DNA of 64,000 nt, taken from positions 225,992,001-226,056,000 of the forward strand of contig NC_058368.1 of assembly GCF_018350175.1 (NCBI RefSeq). Direction: 5' to 3'. Positions 25,266-39,369 of the stretch are shown in pieces. A program made the position numbers and the translations under genes. Positions within the stretch are counted from its first letter, which is position 1, and every line of letters starts with the position of its first letter. Source of the DNA: Felis catus (Eukaryota). Under the pieces are notes generated by a model. The model ran no database searches. It saw only the letters and a list, made by a program, of their open reading frames with translations, and was not told the origin of the DNA.

Positions 25266-26334
25266 TAACCAGATGAATAGGCTATGACTGTGAGGTCTTT
25301 GCTGTATAACGATTCCCCCAAATGGTAACGGTACTGATACAGGCTCACCTGTGACGCAGTAATAAGGATTGGAAACTCTTTCTTTGCATACCACCCTAGG
25401 GCTAGACAGGGCCAGGAGTGCTGCTGGATATCTAAGCAGAGGTGGGACTAAAGGAGAAAAGTGAAGAAGAAAGGGAACTAAATGTTAAAATAAAAGAAGT
25501 AGTTGGGAAAGGGGAGAGAAAGAAGAGGAGGAAACATGGAAGAATCCTGGGGAATAGGTGGAGGTCCAGGGAGCCGTGATTAGGACCTCAGGTGTTCTCA
25601 GCAACAGGAAGCGCAGGATTCTCCTGTTGTCCACCCTTGTTGTTCCTTGTGTCAATACTAGGGATCACGGCACCCTTACACACCGGTCTCCTGCACATAT
25701 CCTGTGTGTGCGCCTCTCTCTGTGCACCTCTCCCCTATGGTGAAGAATCAGCAGTACCAAAGGGACATGCCCACCTTGAATCCCCACCTAGGCCCCGGGA
25801 TCTTGCAATGCCCTGCCCATCTGGCCCTCAGTTGGCCTCCAGAGCCTTCACAGCACTTCCCGTCCATCTTCAGAGGGCAGATAGCTGAGCAGAGGAGTTG
25901 TCCCTTAGGCACAAGGTATACTCTGAGTGGGGTTACAGCTAAAGCTCTACACCTGGATCTTGCAGACCATTCTCAAGGCCCTGGGAAGGCAGAATGGGTC
26001 TAGAGTAGCCCGGAGGTGTCAATATATTGACAGAAGAGAAGAGTTGTAAGATGTCCCAGCTTCGTTCTGACTCCCAAATCTCTGCCGAATCTCACCTAGG
26101 CCGAGATGTAACTGGCCCTCCTGTAAGTCCTCCAAAGTTTTCCTTTTCTTAAAAAGTTGGAAAACAGAAAGCATTACACATAAAATATTAAAAAACCCAA
26201 TCACACATACTCCTAACACCTGGAATTAACCCTGTCAACGTTTTGGCATATTTGCTTCTAGTCTTTTTTTTTTTTTTCTATGTAGACACCAAACACAATT
26301 CTGCTGGTGATATATGCATATGTCACCATTTCTT

Positions 26335-26945
26335 GGTAAATTTTTTTGATATAATTTCAAACTTAAAAGTCGGAAGAATGGTATGAAAACTCCTCTTATG
26401 TCTTATACCCAGATACACCACATGCTAACATTTTGCCTCATTTGCTTTATTTTTCTCTTTTTCTTTCCCTCCCTTCCTTCCTCCCTGACCCCTTTCTTTG
26501 TAGCTTTCTCTCGCTCTCTCTGAAGTTATTTTCTGAACCATTGGATAAGTTTTAGTTTTTAGTTTATTCCAAAATATTTCATGTGTGTTCGCTACAAACA
26601 AGGACATTCCGATGATCACAGTCAAGAACTTTAACATTGATACAACACTGTTATTTCAGTCACAGTCCAAACTTGTTTGATTGTCCCAGTCATGTCCTTA
26701 TAGCTATTTTTGGTTTGGGCTCAGAATCCAGTCCAAGATCGGGCATTGCACCTAGCTGCCTTTAGTCAATTCCTCAGCTTCCTTGTCTTTCATGACCTTG
26801 ACATTTTTCAAGGGTATAGGCCAGTTATTTTGCAGAATGTTCCTTAACTTGGGTTTTTCTGATGTTTCCTTGTAATTGGATTCAGTGTCTTTATTTGGGG
26901 CAGGAACACAAGAGATGTGGTGTTAGTCATTTCCCAGAATGTTGT
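26335..26945 (-). mobile_element. L1MC4/5-like 3'UTR fragment
   Basis: ataatttcaaactta..., tgtctttcatgaccttgacattttt...ggccagttattttgcagaatgt. Confidence 0.75.
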
Positions 26946-29177
26946 AACAAACAGTCTGGTGCCCTCCAGTAAGGCTTCTCTCTCTGACGATCCTGATTCC
27001 TATTCCTGACGCCTGGATCTCCCTTACCCCCATAGCCACTGTTACGTGGGCCTCCTCTTGTTCTTTAAAAATAAATTTACAAACTTACGTGTGCTAAGGG
27101 ACAATCTGTACTGTTAATTTTATACTTTTAAAGTTATACACGTAAAGTTTGAAGCTATACATACGAAACATTTGTAATGTGTCTGAACTCCATCCCTGGC
27201 GATGCATATAGACCTATGCGATTCCTTTTATGGTTCTTGTTCTCCAGAATCTTCAGTTTAATGCAGGCCTGAGAATTTCTCCAGGTGGCTGCAATATGGA
27301 TCCCACAAGATCATATCTATCTAGTTTACTACTGTGTTACCAGTCCAAGGCCTTTCCATCACAGGTCCTCAACTAATTTCTGCTGGATGGACTGAGACAT
27401 CACCAGGATTAGAGGAATCTTCCAAGCCAGCTCCAGGGCTATTTCCCATACCTGGTTCTATCAGCACCAGGAGAGCTTACTGATTCCCCCACATTGTGAC
27501 ACTGACTCCTGGGTCAGAAAGTTCTGATGCATGAAATCTCACCTTTCTGTAAGTTTTCTTAAAAATTTGTTTTCGAATTCACGTTAAGAGAGAGGAACTG
27601 GTAATCAAGATTAATGTTAGCCATTGAGGTGCACATATTTTCTTACTGTCATAAAAGAACATTATTGGTATTTGAGAACAGTGAGTCTCCATATATCGCT
27701 GCTATTAAAACTTCAACACAAAGCCTTTTCAGGATGTTTTAATGATCAGTGAATGACTTAATGAATGTTGAGCTGGAGGCTATTAACCCTGACTCTGACC
27801 TCTATTAGCTATGAATTAAGGCAGAGCTTTAGGCTTCGAAGAAGGGATCAGAATAAATGTGGGGAGTAATTAAGCTTCCAGGGGTCCCTGGATTTTTGCA
27901 TTTCCCATTGTAGCCTGTGTAATTGCCCAAAGAGCTGATCACTCTGAACCTTCAAAACAAAAAGATTTCTTATTCTTTGATTGTGAGTCTGTATACAGAT
28001 GAAATGGTGTGTAGTCTTTCTCACTTTGAAGAGAGTAGTGGAAAAAGAGAAGTAGAAGTAAAATTGATGATAGAGGAACCGACTGCCATGCTTTCAAACA
28101 TGTAATACACTTGTCTGGGGGAAATGGCTTAGTATTCATGTTTTCACCAAGTAGACTTCTGTAATTGGCCAAGTGCAAACACAGAGGCTTTTACCTTCTT
28201 GCAAGAATCGAGCAAAGCTCCTTTTTTCTAATCAACAGGATATCTGATTGAATAATATATTGTGTAACTCTGGGATATCAAAGTCAGTGTTCTTCGAATA
28301 TGTATGAATCATAAGGAATTTAGTTGGTCAACATATTTACCCTGTAAGATTTTACATTTGCTTTTTTATTTGTAGTTTTTGGAAAAAACAACTCGTTCCT
28401 AAAGGGGATGATTTGATGACAGATTTTCATGTTATAGAAGCCAAATTGGGTCAAAGATATCCTTATTTTTAATCAGGTTTTCTGGGATAGAACTTCAAAA
28501 ACCTGGAGGCTTTTAATTCCACTTTTCGTTAGAAAGGAAGAAAGGAAGAATGGAAGATATTAAGGAAAGAAGGAAGTAGAATGGAAGGGAGAAAGAAAAT
28601 AGACCCTTTCATAAAATTAATTCCTCCTTTGAAGAGCTATGTAGAGGCACAAAGGATCCCCTAAGTCCTCCTGAACGACGGATGTGAAAAGTCATGTGAG
28701 TGGTATACTGATAGTGATCAGGGGAGCCCCTAACCAGGAACAGGGAGCCTAGGACCTAATGGCCAATGCATAGGACATATGGCAATACCTAACTCTTGGG
28801 CTTAAATTCCAATGTGCATCTCTTATAAAAACAAATAGTAAGGGAGTACAAGAGAGGCCACAGCACTTTAATATGCTTGGAGACTCCCATCTCTTCTCTG
28901 CTCCTAGCAGAGAGTAGAGGGATTTCCCCCAAAATATGTGTCATCTGAGAATGGTACTTGAAGAATTAAATGAGACAAGATGGACTATATGTATATTTGC
29001 ATATCCCTGTAGTATGTATGTGTGTACATGTGCACGCTCACATACACACATATTTTAAAACCTAGGATAAAAGCTAAATTAATAGTGGAAATGCCAGCCT
29101 TTTTAAAGACTGTGAAAGTGTTTGTTTATTCTTCGTGAGGAAGCGGGATCTCTCCACTATGTTCAACACCATTAAAT

Positions 29178-29647
29178 CAAGCAGAATAATGGATCCCTGA
29201 AGAGTTCCACATTCTGGAGCCTGTGAATATATTCCCTCATTTGGAAAAAGGGAGTTTGCAGATGTGATTCAGACAAGGATCTTAAGACAGAGAGCTTATC
29301 CTTGAATATCTAGGTGGGCTATGTAATCACAGGATTCCTCAAAGATTGAAGAAGGAGGCAGAAGAGAAAGAAGTGACAGAGGATTTGAGGGGTGTCTGCT
29401 GCTGGCTTTGGAGATGGAGGAAAATGCCATAAGCCAAGGAATGAACGCAGTCTATAGAAGCTAGAAAATACATGGATCCTCCCTGAGAGTCTCTAGAAGG
29501 AATGGAGTTCTGTTGACACCTTGATTGTAGCCCACTAAGACCCATTTTGGACTTCTGACCTCTAGAGCTATAAGATAATAAATGTGTGTTGTCTTAAGTC
29601 ACTGGGTTTGTGGTGATTTGTTGTAGCAGCAATAGGAAACTAATGCA
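29178..29647 (+). mobile_element. MaLR LTR MLT1D
   Basis: gcagaataatgg...tttgcagatgtgatt...gacccattttggacttctgacct...gcagcaataggaaactaatgca. Confidence 0.9.
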
Positions 29648-29734
29648 CTGAAGCATTTGCTTTCCAGATGAGAGTCTCTAATGTTCTCTAACACACCATT
29701 GACTATGAAGGTCTTGTGTTCTAGATGGTTGTCA

Positions 29735-29905
29735 CTACAGGATGGTGGAGCCTCTGTATGCCTGGGTCTCTGAGTCCCCACATTACTCCTTAGACTGGGG
29801 GCGGGCTCTGCTCGAGCGATAAATAAACTCTCTTCTGATTAAGACCTGGAGATTTTAGGATTGTTTGGTTTCACTGGGTCACTTGGCCTTTCCCCAGTTA
29901 GTACC
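29735..29905 (+). mobile_element. Old MLT1 3' fragment
   Basis: gatggtggagcctctgtatgcctgggtctctgagt...aaataaact...ggagattttaggattgttt. Confidence 0.5.
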
Positions 29906-29950
29906 CAGGACCTGCCTGGTAAACTCAGATCTTCACAAATGAGGTTTTAT

Positions 29951-30093
29951 CAGTGGTGTACTGATAAATGGTTATTTCTATGGTGTAAATATTCCCACCA
30001 CGGCTAATTTCAAGTAACATATAATGTCACTGAAGGACAAGTAATATGCACAGTTAGCTTTTGTGAGTGTGTAAGTTGTACCAGCTCATTTCT
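29951..30093. mobile_element. MER63A-like (hAT-Blackjack)
   Basis: cagtggtgtactgataaatg...ggtgtaaatattcccaccacggctaatttcaag. Confidence 0.7.
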
Positions 30094-30395
30094 GGGTGAA
30101 CTTTGATTGGATCTTAAAGATGGGGCAGAATTTGACTATTTTGTAAATTTAACAGTGGCATATCTATAGAGGGAGATGAATGTGGGAGAGGACACAGGCT
30201 GTTTGTGGTAACAATAACTGGAAAGGCTATATTTAGTAATATTTTGTATTAAGACTTTCAAGCCAGGAATTAGAAGATTGAAATCATACCTGGTAAAATA
30301 AATTCTAGCACTTAAATTTTAAGATCTATTTAATATACCCAACCAAGGCAAATAATTTGGAAAATTATTTTGTGGGTTTGGGGTTAAAAAAAACC

Positions 30396-30587
30396 TTTTT
30401 TTAAAACATTTATTCATTTTTGAGAGATGGGGGGTGCAGAGAGAGAGGGAGACACGGGATCTCAAGTAGGTTCCAGGCTCTGAGCTGTCAGCACAGAGCC
30501 CCGACACGGGGCTTGAACCCACAAACTACAAGATCATGACCTGAGCCAAAGTCAGACGCTTAACCAGCTGAGCCACCCAGGTGCCCC
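30396..30587 (-). mobile_element. SINEC (feline type)
   Basis: Reverse head gagccacccaggtgcccc and a T-rich tail. Confidence 0.95.
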
Positions 30588-31269
30588 TTATGAGTTTTGG
30601 TTTTAAATGATGGCTGTATAGCTTATTTTTGTGGAAAGAGCAAGTTACTGCCATAGTAAAATAAAGGTAAATGAAAACAGAACATTTTGGAATTTTTTAT
30701 AGTAAATGAACTTTCTTACATTTGTTTTATAACTCAAAGACATTATAATTACCTATGTAAATATTTAGGAGGATGTGAAATGTCAACCGAGGAGTTTAGG
30801 TAAGTTAAATTATAATTTAAATATCATTTTTTACAAAATGTTTCTTGTGAGACCCAATATCACAAATTATGTGCTCCTATAAAAACAGTCCATTTAAATT
30901 ATCTAGGAAAATATTTCAAGTTTCTTTTTTTGAAAGAGTCTTAATGTCAAATAATAGTGTTATTTTTAATGTTAATCTAAATATATTTTTCTAAAGCCCA
31001 TAATGAAATTTAGGGCTTTAAACCAATTCACTCTTTTTTTTTCTTTTTTAAAAAAATATGAAATGTATTGTCAAATTGGTTTCCATACAACACAGTGCTC
31101 ATCCCAACAGGTGCCCTCCTCAATGTCCATCACCCACCCTCCCCTCCCTTCAACCCCCCCCATCAACCCTCAGTTTATTCTCAGTTTTTAAGGGTCTCTT
31201 ATGGTTTGCCTCCCTCCCTCTCTAACTTTTTTCCCCCTTCCCCTCCCCCATGGTCTTCTGTTAAGTTTC

Positions 31270-34200
31270 TCAGAATCCACATAAGAGTGAAAACATATGG
31301 TATCTTTCCCTGTATGACTTATTTCACTTAGCAGAACACTCTCCAGTTCCACCCACGTTGCTACAAAAGGCCATATTTCATTCTTTCTCATTGCCATGTA
31401 GTATTCCATTGTATACATAAACCACATCTTCTTTATCCATTCATTGGTTGATGGATATTTAGGATCTTTCCATAATTTGTCTATTGTTGAAAGTGCTGCT
31501 ATAAACATTGGGATACAAGTGCCCCTATGCATCGGTACTCCTGTATCCCTTGGGTAAATTCCTAGCAGTGCTATTGCTGGGTCCTAGGGTAGATCTAGTT
31601 TTAATTTTTTGAGGAATCTCCACACTGTTTTCCAGAGCAGCTGCACCAGTTTGCATTCCCACCAACAATGCAAGAGGGTTCCCGTTTCTCCACATCGTCT
31701 CTAGCATCTATAGTCTCCTGATTTGTTCATTTTAGCCACTCTGACTGGCGTGAGGTGGTATCTCAGTGTGGTTTTGATTTGTATTTCCCTGATGAGGAGC
31801 GACGTTGAGCATCTTTTCATGTGCCTGTTGGCCATCCGGATGTCTTCTTTAGAGAAGTGTGTCTATTCATGTTTTCTGCCCATTTCTTCACTGGATTATT
31901 TGTTTTTCAGATGTGGAGTTTGGTGAACTCCTTATAGATTTTGGATACTAGCCCTTTGTCCAACATGTCATTTGCAAATATCTTTTCCCATTCTGTCGGT
32001 TGCCTTTTAGTTTTGTTGATTGTTTCCTTTGCAGTGCAAAAGCTTTTTATCTTCATGAGGTCCTAATAGTTCATTTTTTCTTTTAATTCCTTGCCTTTGG
32101 AGATATGTCAAGTAAGAAATTTCTGCGGCTGAGGTCAGAGATGTTTTTTCCTGCTTCTCCTCTAGGGTTTTGATGGTTTCCTGTCTCACATTCAGGTCCT
32201 TCATCCATTTTGAGTTTATTTTTTGTGAATGGTGTAAGAAAGTGGTCTAGTTTCATTCTTCTGCATATTGCTGTCTAGTTCGCCCAGCACCATTTGTTAA
32301 AGAGACTGTCTTTTTCCATTGGATATTCTTTCCTGCTTTGTCAAAGATTAGTTGGCCATACATTTGTGGGTCCAATTCTGGAGTCTCTATTCTATTCCGT
32401 TGGTCTATGTGTCTGTTTTTGTGCCAATACCATGCTGTATTGATGATTATAGCTTTGTAGTAGAGGCTAAAGTCTGGGATTGTGATGCCTCCCACTTTGG
32501 TCTTCTTCTTCAACATGACTTTGGCTATTCTGGGTCTTTGTGGTTCCATACAAATTTGTTTGTTCTAGCTTCAAGAAGAATTTTGGTGCAATTTTGATTG
32601 GGATTGCATTGAATGTGTAGATAGCTTTGGGTAGTATTGACATTTTAACAATATTTATTCTTCCAATCCATGAGCACGAAATATTTTTCCATTTCTTTGT
32701 ATCTTCTTCAATTTCCTTAATAAGCTTTCTATAGTTTTCAACATACAGATCTTTTACATCTTTGGTTAGGTTTATTCCTAGGTATTTTATGCTTCTTGGT
32801 GCAATTGTGAATGGGATCAGTTTCTTTATTTGTCTTTCTGTCGCTTCATTATTAGTGTATAAGAATGCAACTGATTTCTGTACATTAATTTTGTATCCTG
32901 CGACTTTGCTGAATTCATATATCAGTTCTAGCAGACTTTTGGTGGAGTCTATTGGGTTTTCCATGTATAATATCATGTCATCTGCAAAAAGTGAAAGCTT
33001 GACTTCATCTTTGCCAATTTTGATGCCTTTGATTTCCCTTTGTTGTCTGATTGCTGATGCTAGAACTTCCAACACTGTGTTAAACAACAGCAGTAAGAGT
33101 GGACATCCCTGTCGTGTTCCTGATCTCAGGGGGAAAGCTCTCAGTTTTTCCACATTGAGGATGATATTAGCTGTGGGCTTTTCATAAATGGCTTTTATGA
33201 TGTTTAAAAGTCTATCCTGACTTCGAGGGTTTTTATTAAGAAAGCATGCTGAATTTTGTCAAATGCTTTTTTTCTGCATTGATTGACAGGATCATATGGT
33301 TCTTATCTTCTCTTTTATTAATGTGATGTATCACATTTATTGATTTGTAAATATTGAACCAGTCCTGCAGCCCAGGAATGAATCCCACTTGATCATAGTG
33401 AATAATTCTTTTTATATGCTATTGAATTTGATTTGCTAGTATTTTGTTGAGAATTTTTGCATCCACGTTCATCAGGGGTATTGGCCTGTAGTTCTCTTTT
33501 TTTGCTGGGTCTCTGTCTGGTTTGGGAATCAAAGTAAATCTGGCTTCATAGAATGAATCTGGAAGTTTTCCTTCCCTTTCTATTTTTTGGAACAGCTTGA
33601 GAAGGATAGGTATTATCTCTGCTTTAGATGTCTGGTAGAATTCCCCAGGGAAGCCATCTGGTCCTGGACTCTTATTTGTTGGGAGATTTTTGATAACTGA
33701 TTCAATTTCTTCTCTGGTTATGGTTCTGTTCAAATTTTCTATTTCTTCCTGTTTGAGTTTTGGAAGTGTGTGAGTGCTTAGGAATTTGTCCATTTCTCCC
33801 AGGTTGTCCAGTTTGTTGGCATATAACTTTCACAGTATTCCCTGATAATTGCTTGTATTTCTGAGGGATTGGTTTTAATAATTCCATTTTCATTCATGAT
33901 TTTATGTATTCAGGTCACCTCCCTTTTCTTTTTGAGAAGCCTGGATAGAGGTTTATCAATTTTGTTTATTTTTTTCAGAAAACCAACTCTTGGTTTCATT
34001 GATCTGCTCTACAGTTTTTTTAGATTCTATATTGTTTATTTCTGCTCTGATCTTTATTATTTCTCTTCTTCTGCTGGGTTTGGGGTGTCTTTGCTGTTCT
34101 GCTTCTATTTCCTTTAGATGTGCTGTTAGATTTTATATTTGGGATTTTTCTTGTTTCTTGAGATAGGCCTGGATTGCAATGTATTTTCCTCTCAGGACTG

Positions 34201-35087
34201 CCTTCGCCGCATCCCAAAGCGTTTGGATTGTTGTATTTTCATTTTCATTTGTTTCCATATATTTTTTAATTTCTTCTCTAACTGCCTGGTTGACCCATTC
34301 ATTCTTTAGGAGGATTTTCTTTAACCTCCATGCTTTTGGAGGTTTTCCAGACTTTTTCCTGTGGTTGATTTCAAACTTTACAGCATTGTGGTCTGAAAGT
34401 CTGCATGGTATGATCTCAATTCTTTTATACTTATGAAGGGCTGTTTTGTGACCCAGTGTGTGATCTATCTTGGAGAATGTTCCATGTGCACTCAAGAAGA
34501 AAGTATATTCTGTTGCTTTGGGATGCAGAGTTCTAAGTATATCTGTCAAGTCCATCTGATCCAATGTATCATTCAGGGCCCTTGTTTCTTTATTGATCCT
34601 GTGTCTAGATGATCTATCCATTATTGTAAGTGGGGTATTAAAGTCCCCTGCAATTACCACATTCTTGTCAATAAGGTTGCTTGTGTTTGTGAATAATTGT
34701 TTTATATATTTGGGGGCTCCCGTATTCAGCACATAGATATTTATAATTGTTAGCTCTTCCTGATAGATAGGCCCTGTAATTATTATATAATGCCCTTCTT
34801 TATCTCTTGTTACAGCCTTTAATTTAAAGTGTAGTTTGTCTGATATAAGTATGACTACTCCAGCTTTCTTTTGACATCCAGTAGCATGATAAATAGTTCT
34901 CCATCCCCTCACTTTCAATCTGAAGGTGTCCTCAGGTCTAAAATGAGTCTCTTGTAGACAGCAAATAGCTGAGTCCTGTTTGTTTTTTTGTTTTTTTTAT
35001 ACATTCTGATACCTTATGTCTTTTGGTTGGAGCATTTAGTCCATTTACACTCAGTGTTATTATTGAAAGATATGGGTTTAGTGTCAT
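31270..35087 (-). pseudogene. L1 ORF2p remnant (APE endonuclease, reverse transcriptase, Cys-rich), multiple stops and frameshifts
   Basis: [49 protein letters not shown] and LFADDMILY (FADD at 32977-32988), spread over at least 8 ORF pieces. Confidence 0.96.
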
Positions 35088-35155
35088 TGTGATGTCTGTA
35101 GGTTTCATGCTTGTAGTGATGTCTCTGGTACTTTGTGGTCCCTGCAACATTTCAC

Positions 35156-36048
35156 TCACAGAATCCCCCTTAGGATCTCATGTAGGTCTGGTTTAGAGGT
35201 GATGAATTCCTCCAGTGTTTGTTTATTTGGGAAAACCTTTATCTCTCCTTCTATTCTGAATGACAGACTTGCTGGATAAAGGATTCTTGGCAGCATATTT
35301 TTTCTGATCATCACATTGAAGATTTCCTGCCATTCCTCTCTGGCCTGCCAAGTTTCAATAGATAGGTCTACTACTACCCTTATGTGTCTACCTTTGTAAG
35401 TTAGAGTCTGTTCATCCCTAGCTGCTTTCAGAATTCTCTCTTTATCCTTGTATTTTGCCAGTTTCACTATGATATGTCATGCAGAAGATTGATTCAAGTT
35501 ACGTCTGAAGGGAGTTCTCTGTGCCTCTTGGATTTCAATGCCTTTTTTCTTCCCCAGATGAGGGAAGTTCTCACCTATGATTTATTCAAGTACACTTTCA
35601 GCCCCTTTCTGTCTTCTTCTTATGGAATTCCTATGATATGGATATTGTTCCGTTTGATTGCATCATTTAGTGCTCTAATTTTCCCCTCATACTCCTGGAT
35701 TGTTTTATCTTTCTTTTTCTCAGCTTCCTCTTTTTCCATAATTTTATCTTCTAATTCACCTATTCTCTCCTCTGCCTCTTCAATTCGTGCTATGGCTGCC
35801 TCCATTTTATTTTGCACCTCATGTATAGCATTTTTTAATTCCTCATGATTATTTTTTAGTCCCTTGATCTCTGTAGCAATAGATTCTCTGCTGTTATCTA
35901 TGCTTTTTTCAAGCCCAGTGATTAATTTTATGACTATTATCCTAAATTCTTGTTCCATTATATTGCTTAAATTGGTTTTGATCAATTCGTTAGCTGTCGC
36001 TACTTCCTGGAGTTTCTTTTGAGGAGAATTCTTCCATTTCATCATTTT
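35156..36048 (-). pseudogene. L1 ORF1p remnant (coiled coil, RRM, CTD), broken
   Basis: Track ORFs 35620-36084 (EEAEERIGELED...KRNNIHIIGIP) and 35156-35467 (DKERILKAAR...PRILYPASLSF) are separate ORFs. Confidence 0.93.
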
Positions 36049-37587
36049 GGGTTGTCCCTGCGGTAGCTCCAAATGGCAGGGCACTTCCCCTGTGCTGTCT
36101 TGTGTTGGTGGGCAGGGCTGCAGTCAGACTGGTGTGTGCCTTCTCTTCCCCTCTCCCAGGGGCAGGACTCACTGTGGATTGGTGTGGTCCCTGTCTGGGC
36201 TACTTGCACACTGCCAGGCTTGTGGTACTGCTTCGATGGGATCTGGCCAGGGGCGTATTAGCCGGGGTGGATCTGCAAGGTGCATGGGGGCGGGAGGGGC
36301 AGGCTCAGCTCACTTTGCCTTTGGTGGTCCACTTTGGGAGGGGCCCTGCAGCACCGGGAGGGAGGCAGACGCGTCTGAGGGATGGATCCTCAGAAGCACA
36401 GCGTTGGGTGTTTGCGCGGTGCAAGCAAGTTCCATGAGGGGAACTGGTTCCCTTTAGGATTTTGGCTGGGGGATGGGCGAGGGAGATGGCCCTGGCCAGC
36501 ACCTTTGTTCCCCGCCAAGCTGAGCTCTGTCGTCCGGGGCTCAACAACTCTCCCTCCTGTTGTCCTCTAGCCCTCCCGCTCTCTGAGCAGAGCTGTTGAC
36601 ATATAACATTCCAGATGTTAAGTCCTGCTGGCTGTCAGAACTCAGGGAGTCCAGTCCCTCCACTTTTGCAAGTCAGACTTGGGGGCTCTGCCTTGCCAGC
36701 CAGGCTGCCCCTCCACCGCCCTGGCTCCCTCCCGCCAGTCCGCGTAGCGCGCACCGCCTCTCCCCCCTTCCTACCCTCTTCCGTGGGCCTCTTGTCTATG
36801 CTTGCCTCCATAGAATCTGTTCTGTAGTTTTCTGGTGGTTTTCTGGGTTATTTAGGCAGATGTGGGTGGAATCTAAGTGATCAGCAGCCCAAGTCACTCT
36901 TTAAGAAGCTATTTATTTATCTAAAATATTCTAAGGAATTAAAGGATACCATACCACTGTCTGTGATAAGAGATAGTTAATTACCAGAAGATGACTATGA
37001 CTGTATGTATTATTAAGCATATTCATTTTAAAAATAAAAATGTGTGTTTAACAAAGGAGTGGAAAAAAAAAAAAACAACCAAAGACTTAAAACAAGGGGG
37101 AAAAGGGATAAATGTATATTGACACAAAGCCCAGAGAAGGCAATGCTTGCTATTTTGCCTAGGATGAAGGACCCATGAGATGGGCGTCCCTGTCCAAATC
37201 AAAACCTTGACCTCATCTTTGAAGTAAATGGGTCTGGTCACCTGCACACACACGTAGAGCTGCTCTCTGTCTGTGCTGTTTTCCGCATGAGGAGAGGAAA
37301 CGTTCTTTGTCTTCTGCGTATCCTGTCCCAACAGCAAAATTTGTTGTCCTCAGTTTACCATATAGTCTGCCCTAAAATCTGCTGGCATGTATATTGCCTG
37401 TAGTCAGTTGTGAAAATGTTAGTCACGGGTGCAGTCGTTGTCAAGTAGTTATTCTAGTTAGAAGCTCAGCCAAGACTGTGGACAGTCCTCATTCCTAAAC
37501 TCCATCTTTGCTTTCATTTCTATCAACTGGTGAATCTCCTCTGAGGACCTTTCAGATGCTGCCCTTTTTTATAATCAGTCCTTAATG

Positions 37588-37731
37588 CTGTGTATGTGTG
37601 TGTGTGTGTGTGTGTGCATGTGTGTGCACACACACCCGTGTGCACACGCATATGCAATGCATACATATGCACGCAAACATACTCATGCATATACACATGT
37701 GTGCATATACAGACCTATGCATGTGCGCACA

Positions 37732-37766
<35 letters not shown>

Positions 37767-37812
37767 GATTGGGAGACTTGCAGCATACATGCATGTGTGA
37801 GCATACACACAC
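37588..37812. repeat. Low-complexity (TG)n...(CA)n alternating RY tract
   Basis: Direct reading. Confidence 0.95.
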
Positions 37813-38577
37813 ATTTTGTAGACTTGTAGGAATTGTTTTGAGTCATTGAATTATTGGTGGACTTTCCAGACAGCCACTTGGCAGTATTCTCTCCTTGCTT
37901 GTACTTCCTGGCTTAGCACCCAGAAGCAAAGTGGGGCAGGTGATGTCCTCATGATTTGTATGCTCTTCCAGTGTGGCTCAACACTGCTACCGAAGTCATA
38001 CTGCCAAGCAGGTGCACATGTGTGCAAAGCTGTGCTAACAAAGAAAGAAGCTTATCCTTCCCATCGGGGGCCATTTGTGAATATTCGGGTTGATTTTATT
38101 TACATGGAGGGAGTACTATCCACAGGAATGTATCCTAGTAATTGTACGTGTATTCATAGGATGGCAGAAGTTCACACATGTGCAGAGGAGACAGGACTCA
38201 TTTCATTCAAAAATAAGATCAGGGCTTTGGAACAGAGTGATCCAGCAGCTATACAATGATTCAGACAGGCAGGAAAGTCCAATGGGTTTCTCACTCTAAC
38301 ACAAATTTAAGGACTTCTAAAACACTTTATTTCCAAATTTGGCTTATTCTATTTGACCAATAAGAACATTTGCTTATTCCACAGGTCACATTGCAAAAGA
38401 AGTAGTGAAAGCCCTTATGGACTGAGAAATGTTTTGAAAGTTCACATCATCTAGAACCAACAGGGGCACAGAGAGTTGAAAAGAAATTGTGAAAAAAAAG
38501 TAGCCAAGTTGTGGGCAGAGAGCCAAAGTGATTAGATGCCACTTGTCACAAAACCTATAGCAAATGGAGTAGTAGGA

Positions 38578-39050
38578 CTGTGTTTGAGCGTGAGTTCCTT
38601 GAAAATGGCGTCTGAGACAAAGTTCATAGTGTCCAGATATGTTATTCGGGATTATGATTCCAGGGAGCAGGAATGCAGGGTATAAGGAATGAAGCAGAGA
38701 AGAAAGGAAGGCCAATATTGAGATGCATTACAGAGCAGGTCCATCCTCCAGGTAGCCCGTGCTCTCTTCTGCAGGAACTGCTGAGGAACCTTATGAAATG
38801 TGCCTGAAAGTGACTACATAAGAGACAACAGGTGGACTTATTTTCCACTGACTCCAGCTTACCATTTGTTAAGGGAAGCTTCACGGGTGGTAACGCTCCC
38901 TCGTACGTTTAAGGTCCTGAGGCAAAAATCAAAACGCGTGCATTAGTGCAAACAAGATACTATCAGATTGAACTTGCATCAGGCTGCTAGAAACGTGGGC
39001 AGAACTGGTAGCCAGAGCAAAGGCTGGAATGAGGCAGTGCCACGTGGATG
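38578..39050 (-). mobile_element. ERVL LTR16-family LTR
   Basis: ctgagacaaag...attccagggagcagg...gaaggccaata...tgcattacagagcaggt...ttccactgactcc resembles reverse LTR16C. Confidence 0.6.
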
Positions 39051-39157
39051 AAATTAATGTAGAAGTATCTGAGAAAGACTAATTATCTTCGTCGGTTTTC
39101 ACTAGGTGTGCTGTGTTAGGAAACAGCCCTGATATCTCTTAAAACAACAACAGTCAA

Positions 39158-39278
39158 GGGGCGCCTGGGTGGCTCAGTCGGTTAAGCATCCGACTTCGGC
39201 TCAGGTCATGATCTCACGGTTGGTGGGTTCAAGCCCCGCGTGGGGATTTGTGCCAACAGCCTAGAGCCTGCTTTGAAT

Positions 39279-39309
<31 letters not shown>

Positions 39310-39363
39310 GCCCCTCCCCCACTCACGTTCTGTCTCTCTGTCTCTCAAAAATAAATAGATGTT
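39158..39363 (+). mobile_element. SINEC (feline type)
   Basis: ggggcgcctgggtggctcagtcggttaagc...(CT)n...aaataaa, with TSD-like aacaacagt. Confidence 0.96.
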
Positions 39364-39369
39364 AAAACA

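Larger units (their letters stand above)
31037..36888 (-). mobile_element. Near-full-length feline LINE-1 (~5.85 kb), disrupted
   Basis: GC-rich 5'UTR, ORF1, ORF2, 3'UTR and poly-A lie in order. TSD ccaa(t/g)tcactcttt at 31023-31036 / 36889-36902. Confidence 0.98.
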
